Shown here: positions 25,921 through 40,900 of the stretch, piece after piece
Position numbering within the stretch: the stretch's first letter is position 1
Layout of the letters: every line of letters starts with the position of its first letter
Source of the DNA: Eledone cirrhosa
Taxonomy: Eukaryota
Direction of reading: 5' to 3'
Length of the DNA stretch: 64,000 nt
Assembly: GCA_964016885.1 (NCBI GenBank)
Contig: OZ024740.1
Coordinates: forward strand, 8,060,001-8,124,000
Notes under the pieces: generated by a model
Seen by the model: only the letters and a program-made list of their open reading frames with translations
What the model was told of the DNA's origin: nothing
Databases searched by the model: none
Made by a program: the position numbers and the translations under genes

Positions 25921-28900
25921 CTATTGGTATGTCAGTTTCGATTGGTATGTTAGTCCTCGAATCGTATGTCAGTTTCTAATGGTATATCAGTTTCGATTGG
26001 TATGTCAGTTTCGATTGGTATATCAGTTTCAATTGGTGTGTCAATTTCAATAGGTATGTAAGTTGCTATTTGTATATCAGTTTCTATTGGTATGTCAATT
26101 TCGATTGGTATATCTGTTTTGATTAGTATGTCAGTTTCTATTGGTATGTTAGTTTCGATTAGTATATCACTTTCTATTGGTATGTCAGTTTCGATTGGTA
26201 TGTCTCTTTCTATTGATATATCAGTTTCTATTGGTATATCAGTCTTGATTGATATATCAGTTTCAATTGGTGTGTCAATTTCAATAGGTATGTAAGTTGC
26301 TATTTGTATATCAGTTTCTATTGGTATGTCAATTTCGATTGGTATATCTGTTTTGATTAGTATGTCAGTTTCTATTAGTATGTTAGTTTCGATTAGTATA
26401 TCAGTTTCTATTTGTATGTCAGTTTCGATTGGTATGTCAGTTTCTATTCATATATCAGTTTCGATTGGTATATCAGTTTCTATTGTTATATCAGTTTCGA
26501 CTGGTATATCAGTTTCGATTAGTATAATCAGTTTCTATTGGTATGTCAGTTTCTATTGGTATATCATTTTCGATTGGTATATAAGTTTCGATTAGTATGT
26601 CAGTTTCTATTGGTATGTTAGTTTTGATTAGTATATCAGTTTCTATTGGTATGTTAGTTTTGATTGGTATATCAGTTTCTATTGGTATATCAGTTTCGAT
26701 TGGTATGTCAGTTTCGATTGGTATATCAGTTTCGATTGGTATGTCAGTGTTTATTGGTATGTTAGTTTCGATTAGTATATCACTTTCTATTGGTATGTCA
26801 GTTTCGATTGATATATCAGTTTCGATTGGTATATCAGTTTTGATTGGTATATCAGTTTCGATTGGTATGTCAGTTTCTATTGGTATATCAGTTTCTATTG
26901 GTATGTCAGTTTTGATTGGTATATCAGTTTTGAATGGTATGTCAGTTTCGATAGGTATGTCAGTTTCGATTGGTATGTCAGTTTTGATTGGTATATCAGT
27001 TCCGATTGGTATGTCAGTTTCGATTGGTATGTTAGTCCTCGAATTGTATGTCAGTTTCTATTGGTATTTCAGTTTTGATTAGTATATCAGTTTCGATTGG
27101 TATATCAGTTTCGATTGGTATGTCAGTTTCTATTGGTATATCAGTTTCTACTGGTATGTCAGTTTTGATTGGTATATCAGTTTCGATTGGTATGTCAGTT
27201 TCGATTGGTATGTCAGTTTTGATTATTATATCAGTTACCATTGGTATGTCAGTTTCGATTGGTATGTCATTTTCGATTAGTATATCACTTTCTATTGGTA
27301 TGTCAGTTTCTATTGATATATCAGTTTCGATTGGTATATCAGCTTTGATTGGTATATCAGTTTCGATTGGTATGTCAGTTTCGACTGGTATGTCAGTTTC
27401 GATTAGTATATCACTTTCTATTGCTATATCAGTTTCGATTGGTATATCAGTTTCGATTAGTATGTCAGTTTCTATTGGTATGTTAGTTTCGATTAGTATA
27501 TCAGTTTCTATTGGTATGTCAGTTTCGATTGGTATGTCAGTCTCTATTGATATATCAGTTTCGATTGGAATATCAGTTTCGATTGGTATATTAGTTTCGA
27601 TTGGTATGTCAGTTTCTATTGGTATATCAGTTTCTATTGGTATGTCAGTTTTGATTGGTATATCAGTTTCGATTAGTATGTCAGTTTCGATTGGTATATC
27701 AATTTGGATTGGTATGTGAGTTTGGATTTGTATGTCAGTTTCGATTGTTATATCAGTTTAGATTGTTATGTCAGTTGCGATTGGTATGTCAGTTTTGATT
27801 GGTATATTAGTTTCGATTGGTATGTCAGTTTCTATTGGTATGTCAGTTTCGATTATTATATCACTTACTATTGGTATGTCAGTTTCGATTGGTATTTCAT
27901 TTTCGATTGGTATATCAGTTTCTATTGGTATGACAGTTTCGATTGGTATATCAGTTTCGATTGGTATGTCAGTTTGGATTGGTATATGAGTTTCAACTGG
28001 TATGTCAGTTTCGATTAATATATCACTTTCTATTGGTATGTCAGTTTCTATTGATATATCAGTTTCCATTGGTATATCAGCTTTGATTGGTATATCAGTT
28101 TCTGTTGGTACGTTAGTTTCGATTAGTATATCACTTTCTATTGGTATGTCAGTCTTGATAGGTATGTCAGTTTCTATAGATATATCAGTTTCGATTGGTA
28201 TATCAGTTTTGATTGGTATATCAGTTTCGATTGGTATGTCAGTTTCGATTGGTACATCAGTTTCGATTGGTATGTCAGTCTCGATTGGTATATCAGTTTC
28301 GATTGGTATATCACTTTCTATTGGTATATCAGTTTCGATTGGTATGTCAGTTTCGATTGTTATGTCAGTTGCGATTAGTATATCAGTTTCTATTGGTATG
28401 TCAGTTTCGATTGGTATGTTAGTCCTCGAATCGTATGTCAGTTTCTAATGGTATATCAGTTTCGATTGGTATGTCAGTTTCGATTGGTATATCAGTTTCA
28501 ATTGGTGTGTCAATTTCAATAGGTATGTAAGTTGCTATTTGTATATCAGTTTCGATTGGTATGTCAGTTTCGATTAGTATATCAGTTTCTATTGGTATGT
28601 CAGTTTCTATTGGTATATCAGCTTTGATTGGTATATCAGTTTCGATTAGTATGTCAGTTTCTATTGTTATGTCAGTTTTGATTAGTATATCAGTTTCTAT
28701 TGGTATATCAGTTTCAATTGGTATGTCAGTTTCTATTGGTATGTCAGTTTCGATTATTATATCAGTTAATATTGGTATGTCAGTTTCGATTGGTATGTCA
28801 TTTTCGATTGGTATCTGAGTTTCTATTGGTATGACAGTTTCGATTGGTATATCAGTTTGGATTGGTATCTCAGTTTGGATTGGTATGTCAGTTTCGATTG

Positions 28901-31900
28901 GTATGTCAGTTTCAATTGGTATGTCAATTTCGATTGGTATATCAGTTTCGATTAGTATGTTAGTTTCTATTGGAATATCACTTTCGATTGGTATGTCAGT
29001 TTCGATTGGTATATCAGTTTCGACTGGTATATCAGTTTCGATTAGTATAATCAGTTTCTATTGGTATGTCAGTTTCTATTGGTATATCAGTTTCGATTGG
29101 TATATCAGTTTCGATTAGTATGTCAGTTTCTATTGGTATGTTAGTTTCGATGAGTATATAAGTTTCTATTGGTATGTCAGTTTTGATCGGTATGTCATTT
29201 TCTATTGATATATCAGTTTTGATTGGTATATGAGTTTCGATTGGTATGTCAATTTCTATTGGTATGTCAGTTTCTATTGGTATATCAGTTTCGATTGGTA
29301 TATCAGTTTCGATTAGTATGTCAGTTTCTATTAGTATGTTAGTTTCGATTAGTATATCAGTTTCTATTTGTATGTCAGTTTCGATTGGTATGTCAGTTTC
29401 TATTCATCTATCAGTTTCGATTGGTATATCAGTTTCTATTGTTATATCAGTTTCGATTGGTATGTCAGTTTCGATTGGTATATCAGTTTCGACTGGTATA
29501 TCAGTTTCGATTAGTATAATCAGTTTCTATTGGTATGTCAGTTTCTATTGGTATATCAGTTTCGATTGGTATATCAGTTTCGATTAGTATGTCAGTTTCT
29601 ATTGGTATGTTACTTTCGATGAGTATATAAGTTTCTATTGGTATGTCAGTTTTGATCGGTATGTCATTTTCTATTGATATATCAGTTTTGATTGGTATAT
29701 CAGTTTCGAATAGTATGTCAGTTTCTATTAGTATGTTAGTTTCGATTAATATATCAGTTTCTATTGGTATGTTAGTTTTGATTAGTATATCAGTTTCTAT
29801 TGGTATGTTAGTTTTGATTGGTATATCAGTTTCGATTGGTATGTGAGTTTCGATTGGTATGTCAGTTTCGATTGGTATATCAGTTCCGATTGGTATGTCA
29901 GTTTTGATTGGTATATCAGTTTCTATTGGTATATCAGTTTCGATTGGTATATCAGTTTCGATTGTTATATCAGTTTCTATTGGTATATCAGTTTCGACTG
30001 GTATGTCAGTTTCAATTAATATATCAATTTCTATTGGTATGTCAGTTTCTATTGGTATATCAGTTTCGATTAGTATGTCAGTTTCTATTAGTATGTTAGT
30101 TTCGATTAATATATCAGTTTCTATTAGTATGTCAGTTTCGATTAGTATGTCAGTTTCTATTCATATATCAGTTTCGATTGGTATATCAGTTTCGATTGGT
30201 ATGTCAGTTTCTATTGGTATATCAGTTTCTATTGGTATGTCAGTTTTGATTGGTATATCAGTTTCAATTGGTATGTCAGTTTCGATTGGTATGTCAGTTT
30301 CAATTCGTATATCAGTTCCGATTGGTATGTCAGTTTCGATTGGTATGTCAGTTTCGATTGGTATATCAGTTTCGATTGGTATGTCAGTGTTTATTGGTAT
30401 ATCAGTTTTGAATGGTATATCAGTTTTGATTGGTATATCAGTTTCGATTGGTATGTCAGTTTCTATTGGTATATCAGTTTCTATTGGTATGTCAGTTTTG
30501 ATTGGTATATCAGTTTCAATTGGTATGTCAGTTTCGATTGGTATGTCAGTTTCAATTCGTATATCAGTTCCGATTGGTATGTCAGTTTCGATTGGTATGT
30601 CAGTTTCGATTAGTATATCACTTTCTATTGGTATGTCAGTTTCGATTGATATATCAGTTTCGATTGGTATATCAGTTTTGATTGGTATATCAGTTTCGAT
30701 TGGTATGTCAGTTTCTATTGGTATATCAGTTTCTATTGGTATGTCAGTTTTGATTGGTATATCAGTTTTGAATGGTATGTCAGTTTCGATTGGTATGTCA
30801 GTTTTGATTGGTATATCAGTTCCGATTGGTATGTCAGTTTCGATTGGTACGTCAATTTCGATAGGTATATTAGTTTCTATTGGTATGTTAGTTTCAATTA
30901 ATATATCAGTTTCTATTGGTATGTCAGTTTCAATTAGTATATCAGTTTCTATTGGTATGTCATTTTCGATTAGTATGTCAGTTTCTATTCATATATCAGT
31001 TTCGATTGGTATATCAGTTTCGATTGGTATGTCAGTTTCTATTGGTATATCAGTTTCTATTGGTATGTCAGTTTTGATTGGTATATCAGTTTCAATTGGT
31101 ATGTCAGTTTCGATTGGTATGTCAGTTTCAATTCGTATATCAGTTCCGATTGGTATGTCAGTTTCGATTGGTATGTCAGTTTCGATTAGTATATCACTTT
31201 CTATTGGTATGTCAGTTTCGATTGATATATCAGTTTCGATTGGTATATCAGTTTTGATTGGTATATCAGTTTCGATTGGTATGTCAGTTTCTATTGGTAT
31301 ATCAGTTTCTATTGGTATGTCAGTTTTGATTGGTATATCAGTTTTGAATGGTATGTCAGTTCCGATTGGTATGTCAGTTTTGATTGGTATATCAGTTCCG
31401 ATTGGTATGTCAGTTTCGATTGGTACGTCAATTTCGATAGGTATATTAGTTTCTATTGGTATGTTAGTTTCAATTAATATATCAGTTTCTATTGGTATGT
31501 CACTTTCAATTAGTATATCAGTTTCTATTGGTATGTCATTTTCGATTGGTATGTTAGTCCTCGAATTGTATGTCAGTTTATATTGGTATTTCAGTTTTGA
31601 TTAGTATATCAGTTTCGATTGGTATATCAGTTTCGATTGGTATGTCAGTTTCTATTGGTATATCAGTTTCTACTGGTATGTCAGTTTTGATTGGTATATC
31701 AGTTTCGATTGGTATGTCAGTTTCGATTGGTATGTCAGTTTCGATTATTATATCAGTTACCATTGGTATGTCAGTTTCGATTGGTATGTCATTTTCGATT
31801 GGTATATCAGTTTCTATTGGTATGACAGTTTCGATTGGTATATCAGTTTCGATTGGTATGTCAGTTTGGATTGGTATATCAGTTTCAACTGGTATGTCAG

Positions 31901-34900
31901 TTTCGATTAGTATATCACTTTCTATTGGTATGTCAGTTTCTATTGATATATCAGTTTCGATTGGTATATCAGCTTTGATTGGTATATCAGTTTCGATTGG
32001 TATGTCAGTTTCGACTGGTATGTCAGTTTCGATTAGTATATCACTTTCTATTGCTATATCAGTTTCGATTGGTATATCAGTTTCGATTAGTATGTCAGTT
32101 TCTATTGGTATGTTAGTTTCGATTAGTATATCAGTTTCTATTGGTATGTCAGTTTCGATTGGTATGTCAGTCTCTATTGATATATCAGTTTCGATTGGAA
32201 TATCAGTTTCGATTGGTATATTAGTTTCGATTGGTATGTCAGTTTCTATTGGTATATCAGTTTCTATTGGTATGTCAGTTTTGATTGGTATATCAGTTTC
32301 GATTAGTATGTCAGTTTCGATTGGTATATCAATTTGGATTGGTATGTGAGTTTGGATTTGTATGTCAGTTTCGATTGTTATATCAGTTTAGATTGTTATG
32401 TCAGTTGCGATTGGTATGTCAGTTTTGATTGGTATATTAGTTTCGATTGGTATGTCAGTTTCTATTGGTATGTCAGTTTCGATTATTATATCACTTACTA
32501 TTGGTATGTCAGTTTTGATTGGTATGTCATTTTCGATTGGTATATCAGTTTCTATTGGTATGACAGTTTCGATTGGTATATCAGTTTCGATTGGTATGTC
32601 AGTTTGGATTGGTATATGAGTTTCGATTAATATATCACTATCTATTGGTATGTCAGTCTCTATTGATATATCAGTTTCCATTGGTATATCAGCTTTGATT
32701 GGTATATCAGTTTCTGTTGGTACGTTAGTTTCGATTAATATATCACTTTCTATTGGTATGTCAGTCTTGATAGGTATGTCAGTTTCTATAGATATATCAG
32801 TTTCGATTGGTATGTCAGTTTCGATTGGTACATCAGTTTCGATTGGTATGTCAGTTTCGATTGGTATGTCAATTTCGATAGGTATATTAGTTTCTATTGA
32901 TATGTCAGTTTCAATTAGTATATCAGTTTCTATTGGTATGTCAGTTTTGATTGGTATATCAGTTTCGATTGGTATGTCAATTTCGATTGGTATGTCAATT
33001 TCGATTGGTATATCTGTTTTGATTAGTATGTCAGTTTCTATTGGTATGTTAGTTTCGATTAGTATATCACTTTCTATTGGGATGTCAGTTTCGATTGGTA
33101 TGTCTCTTTCTATTGATATATCAGTTTCTATTGGTATATCAGTCTTGATTGATATATCAGTTTCGATTGGTATGTCAGTTTCTATTGGTATATCAGTTTT
33201 GATTGGAATGTCAGTCTCGATTGGTATATCAGTTTCGATTGGTATATCACTTTCTATTGGTATATCAGTTTCGATTGGTATGTCAGTTTCGATTGTTATG
33301 TCAGTTGCGATTAGTATATCAGTTTCTATTGGTATGTCAGTTTCGATTGGTATGTTAGTCCTCGAATTGTATGTCAGTTTCTAATGGTATATCAGTTTCG
33401 ATTGGTATGTCAGTTTCGATTGGTATATCAGTTTCAATTGGTGTGTCAATTTCAATAGGTATGTAAGTTGATATTTGTATATCAGTTTCGATTGGTATGT
33501 CAGTTTCGATTAGTATATCAGTTTCTATTGGTATGTCAGTTTCTATTGGTATATCAGCGTTGATTGGTATATCAGTTTCGATTAGTATGTCAGTTTCTAT
33601 TGTTATGTCAGTTTTGATTAGTATATCAGTTTCTATTGGTATATCAGTTTCAATTGGTATGTCAGTTTCTATTGGTATGTCAGTTTCGATTATTATATCA
33701 GTTAATATTGGTATGTCAGTTTCGATTGGTATGTGATTTTCGATTGGTATCTGAGTTTCTATTGGTATGACAGTTTCGATTGGTATATCAGTTCGGATTG
33801 GTATCTCAGTTTGGATTGGTATGTCAGTTTCGATTGGTATGTCAGTTTCAATTGGTATGTCAATTTCGATTGGTATATCAGTTTCGATTAGTATGTTAGT
33901 TTCTATTGGAATATCCGTTTCGATTGGTATGTCAGTTTCGATTGGTATATCAGTTTCGACTGGTATATCAGTTTCGATTAGTATAATCAGTTTCTATTGG
34001 TATGTCAGTTTCTATTGGTATATCAGTTTCGATTGGTATATCAGTTTCGATTAGTATGTCAGTTTCTATTGGTATGTTAGTTTCGATGAGTATATAAGTT
34101 TCTATTGGTATGTCAGTTTTGATCGGTATGTCATTTTCTATTGATATATCAGTTTTGATTGGTATATGAGTTTCGATTGGTATGTCAATTTCTATTGGTA
34201 TGTCAGTTTCCATTGGTATATCAGTTTCGCTTGGTATATCAGTTTCGATTAGTATGTCAGTTTCTATTAGTATGTTAGTTTCGATTAGTATATCAGTTTC
34301 TATTTGTATGTCAGTTTCGATTGGTATGTCAGTTTCTATTCATATATCAGTTTCGATTGGTATATCAGTTTCTATTTTTAAGTCAGTTTCGATTGGTATG
34401 TCAGTTTCGATTGGTATATCAGTTTCGACTGGTATATCAGTTTCGATTAGTATAATCAGTTTCTATTGGTATGTCAGTTTCTGTTGGTATATCAGTTTCG
34501 ATTGGTATATCAGTTTCGATTAGTATGTCAGTTTCTATTGGTATGTTAGTTTCGATTAGTATATCAGTTTCTATTGGTATGTTAGTTTTGATTGGTATAT
34601 CAGTTTCGATTGGTATGTGTGTTTCGATTGGTATGTCAGTTTCGATTGGTATATCAGTTCCGATTGGTATGTCAGTTTTGATTGGTATATCAGTTTCTAT
34701 TGGTATATCAGTTTCGATTGGTATATCAGTTTCGATTGTTATATCAGTTTCGATTGGTATATCAGTTTCGACTGGTATGTCAGTTTCAATTAGTATATCA
34801 GTTTCTATTGGTATGTCAGTTTCGATTGGTATATCAGTTTCGATTGGTATATCAGTTTCGATTGGTATGTCAGTTTCTATTGGTATATCAGTTTCTATTG

Positions 34901-37900
34901 GTATGTCAGTTTTGATTGGTATATCAGTTTCGATTGGTATGTCAGTTTCGATTGGTATGTCAGTTTCAATTGGTATATCAGTTCCGATTGGTATGTCAGT
35001 TTCGATTGGTATGTCAGTTTCGATTGGTATATCAGTTTCGATTGGTATGTCAGTGTTTATTGGTATGTTAGTTTCGATTAGTATATCACTTTCTATTGGT
35101 ATGTCAGTTTCGATTGCTATGTCTATTTCTATTGATATATCAGTTTCGATTGGTATATCAGTTTTGATTGGTATATCAGTTTCGATTGGTATGTCAGTTT
35201 CTATTGGTATATCAGTTTCTATTGGTATGTCAGTTTTGATTGGTATATCAGTTTTGAATGGTATGTCAGTTTTGATTGGTATATCAGTTCCGATTGGTAT
35301 GTCAGTTTCGATTGGTACGTCAATTTCGATAGGTATATTAGTTTCTATTGGTATGTTAGTTTCAATTAATATATCAGTTTCTATTGGTATGTCAGTTTCA
35401 ATTAGTATATCAGTTTCTATTGGTATGTCATTTTCGATTGGTATGTTAGTCCTCGAATTGTATGTCAGTTTCTATTGGTATTTCAGTTTTGATTAGTATA
35501 TCAGTTTCGATTGGTATATCAGTTTCGATTGGTATGTCAGTTTCTATTGGTATATCAGTTTCTACTGGTATGTCAGTTTTGATTGGTATATCAGTTTCGA
35601 TTGGTATGTCAGTTTCGATTGGTATGTCAGTTTCGATTATTATATCAGTTACCATTGGTATGTCAGTTTCGATTGGTATGTCATTTTCGATTGGTATATC
35701 AGTTTCTATTGGTATGACAGTTTCGATTAGTATATCACTTTCTATTGGTATGTCAGTTTCTATTGATATATCAGTTTCGATTGGTATATCAGTTTCGATT
35801 TGTATGTCAGTTTCGACTGGTATGTCAGTTTCGATTAGTATATCACTTTCTATTGCTATATCAGTTTCGATTGGTATATCAGTTTCGATTAGTATGTCAG
35901 TTTCTATTGGTATGTTAGTTTCGATTAGTATATCAGTTTCTATTTGTATGTCAGTTTCGATTGGTATGTCAGTTTCTATTGATATATCAGTTTCGATTGG
36001 AATATCAGTTTCAATTGGTATATTAGTTTCGATTGGTATGTCAATTTCTATTGGTATATCAGTTTCTATTGGTATGTCAGTTTTGATTGGTATATCAGTT
36101 TCGATTAGTATGTCAGTTTCGATTGGTATATCAATTTTGATTGGTATGTGAGTTTGGATTTGTATGTCAGTTTCGATTGGTATGTCAGTTTTGATTGGTA
36201 TATTAGTTTCGATTGGTATGTCAGTTTCTATTGGTATGTCAGTTTCGATTATTATATCAGTTACTATTGGTATGTCAGTTTCGATTGGTATGTCATTTTC
36301 GATTGGTATATCAGTTTCGATTGGTATGTCTGTTTAGATTGGTATATGAGTTTCAACTGGTATGTCAGTTTCGATTAGTATATCACTTTCTATTGGTATG
36401 TCAGTTTCTATTGATATATCAGTTTCCATTGGTATATCAGCTTTGATTGGTATATCAGTTTCTGTTGGTACGTTAGTTTCGATTAGTATATCACTTTCTA
36501 TTGGTATGTCAGTCTTGATAGGTATGTCAGTTTCTATAGATATATCAGTTTCGATTGGTATATCAGTTTTGATTTGTATATCAGTTTCGATTGGTATGTC
36601 AGTTTCGATTGGTACATCAGTTTCGATTGGTATGTCAGTTTCGATTGGTATGTCAATTTCGATAGGTATATTAGTTTCTATTGATATGTCAGATTCAATT
36701 AGTATATCAGTTTCTATTTGTATGTCAGTTTCGATTGGTATGTTAGTCCTCGAATTGTATGTCAGTTTCTAATGGTATATCAGTTTCGATTGGTATGTCA
36801 GTTTCTATTGTTATGTCAGTTTTGATTAGTATATCAGTTTCAATTGGTATGTCAGTTTCTATTGGTATGTCTGTTTCGATTATTATATCAGTTAATATTT
36901 GTATGTCAGTTTCGATTGGTATGTCATTTTCGATTGGTATATCAGTTTCCATTGGTATGACAGTTTCGATTGGTATATCAGTTTGGATTGGTATCTCAGT
37001 TTGGATTGGTATGTCAGTTTGACTTGGTATGTCAGTTTCGATTGGTATGTCAGTTTCAATTGGTATGTCAATTTCGATTGGTATATCAGTTTCGATTAGT
37101 ATGTTAGTTTCTATTGGAATATCAGTTTCGATTGGTATGTCAGTTTCGATTGGTATATCAGTTTCAACTGGTATATCAGTTTCGATTAGTATAATCAGTT
37201 TCTATTGGTATGTCAGTTTCTATTGGTATATCAGTTTCGATTGGTATATCAGTTTCGATTAGTATGTCAGTTTCTATTGGTATGTTAGTTTCGATGAGTA
37301 TATATGTTTCTATTGGTATGTCAGTTTTGATCGGTATGTCATTTTCTATTGATATATCAGTTTTGATTGGTATACGAGTTTCGATTGGTATGTCAATTTC
37401 TATTGGTATGTCAGTTTCTATTGGTATATCAGTTTCGATTGGTATATCAGTTTCGATTAGTATGTCAGTTTCTATTAGTATGTTAGTTTCGATTAGTATA
37501 TCAGTTTCTATTTGTATGTCAGTTTCGATTGGTATGTCAGTTTCTATTCATATATCAGTTTCGATTGGTATATCAGTTTCTATTGTTATATCAGTTTCGA
37601 TTGGTATGTCAGTTTCGATTGGTATATCAGTTTCGACTGATATATCAGTTTCGATTAGTATAATCAGTTTCTATTGGTATGTCAGTTTCTATTGGTATAT
37701 CAGTTTCGATTGGTATATCAGTTTCGATTAGTATGTCAGTTTCTATTGGTATGTTAGTTTCGATTAGTATATCAGTTTCTATTGGTATGTCAGTTTTGAT
37801 TGGTATATCAGTTTCGATTGGTATGTGAGTTTCGATTGGTATGTCAGTTTCAATTGGTATATCAGTTCCGATTGGTATGTCAGTTTTGATTGGTATATCA

Positions 37901-40900
37901 GTTTCTATTGGTATATTAGTTTTGATTGGTATATCAGTTTCGATTGTTATATCAGTTTCGATTGGTATATCAGTTTCGACTGGTATGTCAGTTTCAATTA
38001 ATATATCAGTTTCTATTGGTATGTCAGTTTCTATTGGTATGTCAGTTTCGATTGGTATATCAGTTTCGATTAGTATGTCAGTTTCTATTAGTATGTTAGT
38101 TTCGATTAATATATCAGTTTCTATTAGTATGTCAGTTTCGATTAGTATGTCAGTTTCTATTCATATATCAGTTTCAATTGGTATGTCAATTTCGATTGGT
38201 ATGTTAGTCCTCGAATTGTATGTCAGTTTCTAATGGTATATCAGTTTCGATTGGTATGTCAGTTTCGATTGGTATATCAGTTTCGATTGGTATGTCAGTT
38301 TCGATTCGTATGTCAGTTTCAATTGGTATGTCAATTTCGATTGGTATATCAGTTTCGATTAGTATGTTAGTTTCTATTGGAATATCAGTATCGATTGGTA
38401 TATCAGTTTCGATTGGTATGTCAGTTTCGATTGGTATATCAGTTTCGACTGGTATATCAGTTTCGATTAGTATAATCAGTTTCTATTGGTATGTCAGTTT
38501 TTATTGGTATATCAGTTTCGATTGGTATATCAGTTTCGATTAGTATGTCAGTTTCTATTGGTATGTTAATTTCGATGAGTATATAAGTTTCTATTGGGAT
38601 GTCAGTTTTGATCGGTATGTCTGTTTCTATTGATATATCAGTTTTGATTGGTATATCAGTTTCGATTGGTATATCAGTTTCGATTGGTATGTCACTTTCT
38701 ATTGGTATGTCAGTTTCTATTGGTATATCAGTTTCGATTGGTATATCAGTTTCGATTAGTATGTCAGTTTCTATTAGTATGTTAGTTTCGATTAGTATAT
38801 CAGTTTCTATTTGTATGTCAGTTTCGATTGGTATGTCAGTTTCTATTCATATATCAGTTTCTATTGGTATATCAGTTTCTATTGTTATATCAGTTTCGAT
38901 TAGTATGTCAGTTTCGATTGGTATATCAGTTTCGACAGGTATATCAGTTTCGATTAGTATAATCAGTTTCTATTGGTATGTCAGTTTCTATTGGTATATA
39001 AGTTTTGATTGGTATATCAGTTTCGATTAGTATGTCAGTTTCTATTGGTATGTTAGTTTCGATTAGTATATCAGTTTCTATTGGTATGTCAGCTTTGATT
39101 GGTATGTCAGTTTCGATTGGTATGTCAGTTTCGATTGGTATGTCAGTTTCTATTGGTATATCAGTTTCTACTGGTATGTCAGTTTTGATTGGTATATCAG
39201 TTTCGATTGGTATGTCAGTTTCGATTAGTATATCACTTTCTATTGGTATGTTAGTTTCTATTGATATGTCAGTTTCAATTAGTATATCAGTTTCTATTGG
39301 TATGTCAGTTTCGATTGGTATGTTAGTCCTCGAATTGTATGTCAGTTTCTAATGGTATATCAGTTTCGATTGGTATGTAAGTTGCTATTGGTATATCAGT
39401 TTCGATTGGTATGTCAGTTTCTATTGGTATGTCAGTTTTTATTGGTATATCAGCTTTGATTGGTATATCAGTTTCGATTAGTATGTCAGTTTCTATTGTT
39501 ATGTCAGTTTTGATTAGTATATCAGTTTCTATTGGTATGTCAGTTTAGATTGGTATGTCAGATTCGATAGGTATGTCAGTTTTTATTGGTATATCAGTTT
39601 CGATTGGTATGTCAGTTTCTATTGGTATCTCAGTTTCGATTATTATATCAGTTAATATTGGTATGTCAGTTTCGATTGGTATGTCATTTTCGATTGGTAT
39701 ATGAGTTTCTATTGGTATGAAAGTTTCGATTGGTATATCAGTTTGGATTGGTATCTCAGTTTGGATTGGTATGTCAGTTTGGCTTGGTATGTCAGTTTCG
39801 ATTCGTATGTCAGTTTCAATTGGTATGTCAATTTCGATTTGTATATCAGTTTCAAATAGTATGTTAGTTTCTATTGGAATATCAGTTTCGATTGGTATAT
39901 CAGTTTTGATTGGTATGTCAGTTTCGATTGGTATATCAGTTTCGACTGGTATATCAGTTTCGATTAGTATAATCAGTTTCTATTGGTATGTCAGTTTCTA
40001 TTGGTATATCAGTTTCGATTGGTATATCAGTTTCGATTAGTATGTCAGTTTCTATTGGTATATCAGTTTCGATTGGTATGTCACTTTCTATTGGCATGTC
40101 AGTTTCTATTGTTATATCAGTTTCGATTGGTATATCAGTGTGTATTGGTATGTTAGTTTCGATTAGTATATCACTTTCTATTGGTATGTCAGTTTCGATT
40201 GGTATGTCTATTTCTATTGATATATCAGTTTCGATTGGAATATCAGTTTTGATTGGTATATCAGTTTCGATTGGTATGTCAGTTTCTATTGGTATATCAG
40301 TTTCTATTGGTATGTCAGTTTTGATTGGTATATCAGTTTCTATTTGTATATCAGTTTCAATTGGTATATCAGTTTGGATTGTTATATCAGTTTCGATTGG
40401 TATATCAGTTTCGACTGGTATGTCAGTTTCGATTAGTATATCAGTTTCTATTGGTATGTCAGTTTTGATTGGTATATCAGTTTCGATTGGTATGTCAGTT
40501 TCGATTGGTATGTCAGTTTCAATTGGTATATCCGTTCCTATTGGTATGTCAGTTTCGATTGGTATGTCAGTTTCGATTGGTATATCAGTTTCGATTGGTA
40601 TGTCAGTGTGTATTGGAATGTTAGTTTCGATTAGTATATCACTTTCTATTGGTATGTCAGTTTCAATTGGTATGTCTATTTCTATTGATATATCAGTTTC
40701 GATTGGAATATCAGTTTTGATTGGTATATCAGTTTCGATTGGTATGTCAGTTTCTATTGGTATATCAGTTTCTATTGGTATGTCAGTTTTGATTGGTATA
40801 TCAGTTTTGAATGGTATGTCAGTTTCGATTGGTATGTCAGTTTTGATTGGTATATCAGTTCCGATTGGTATGTTAGTTTCAATTAATATATCAGTTTCTA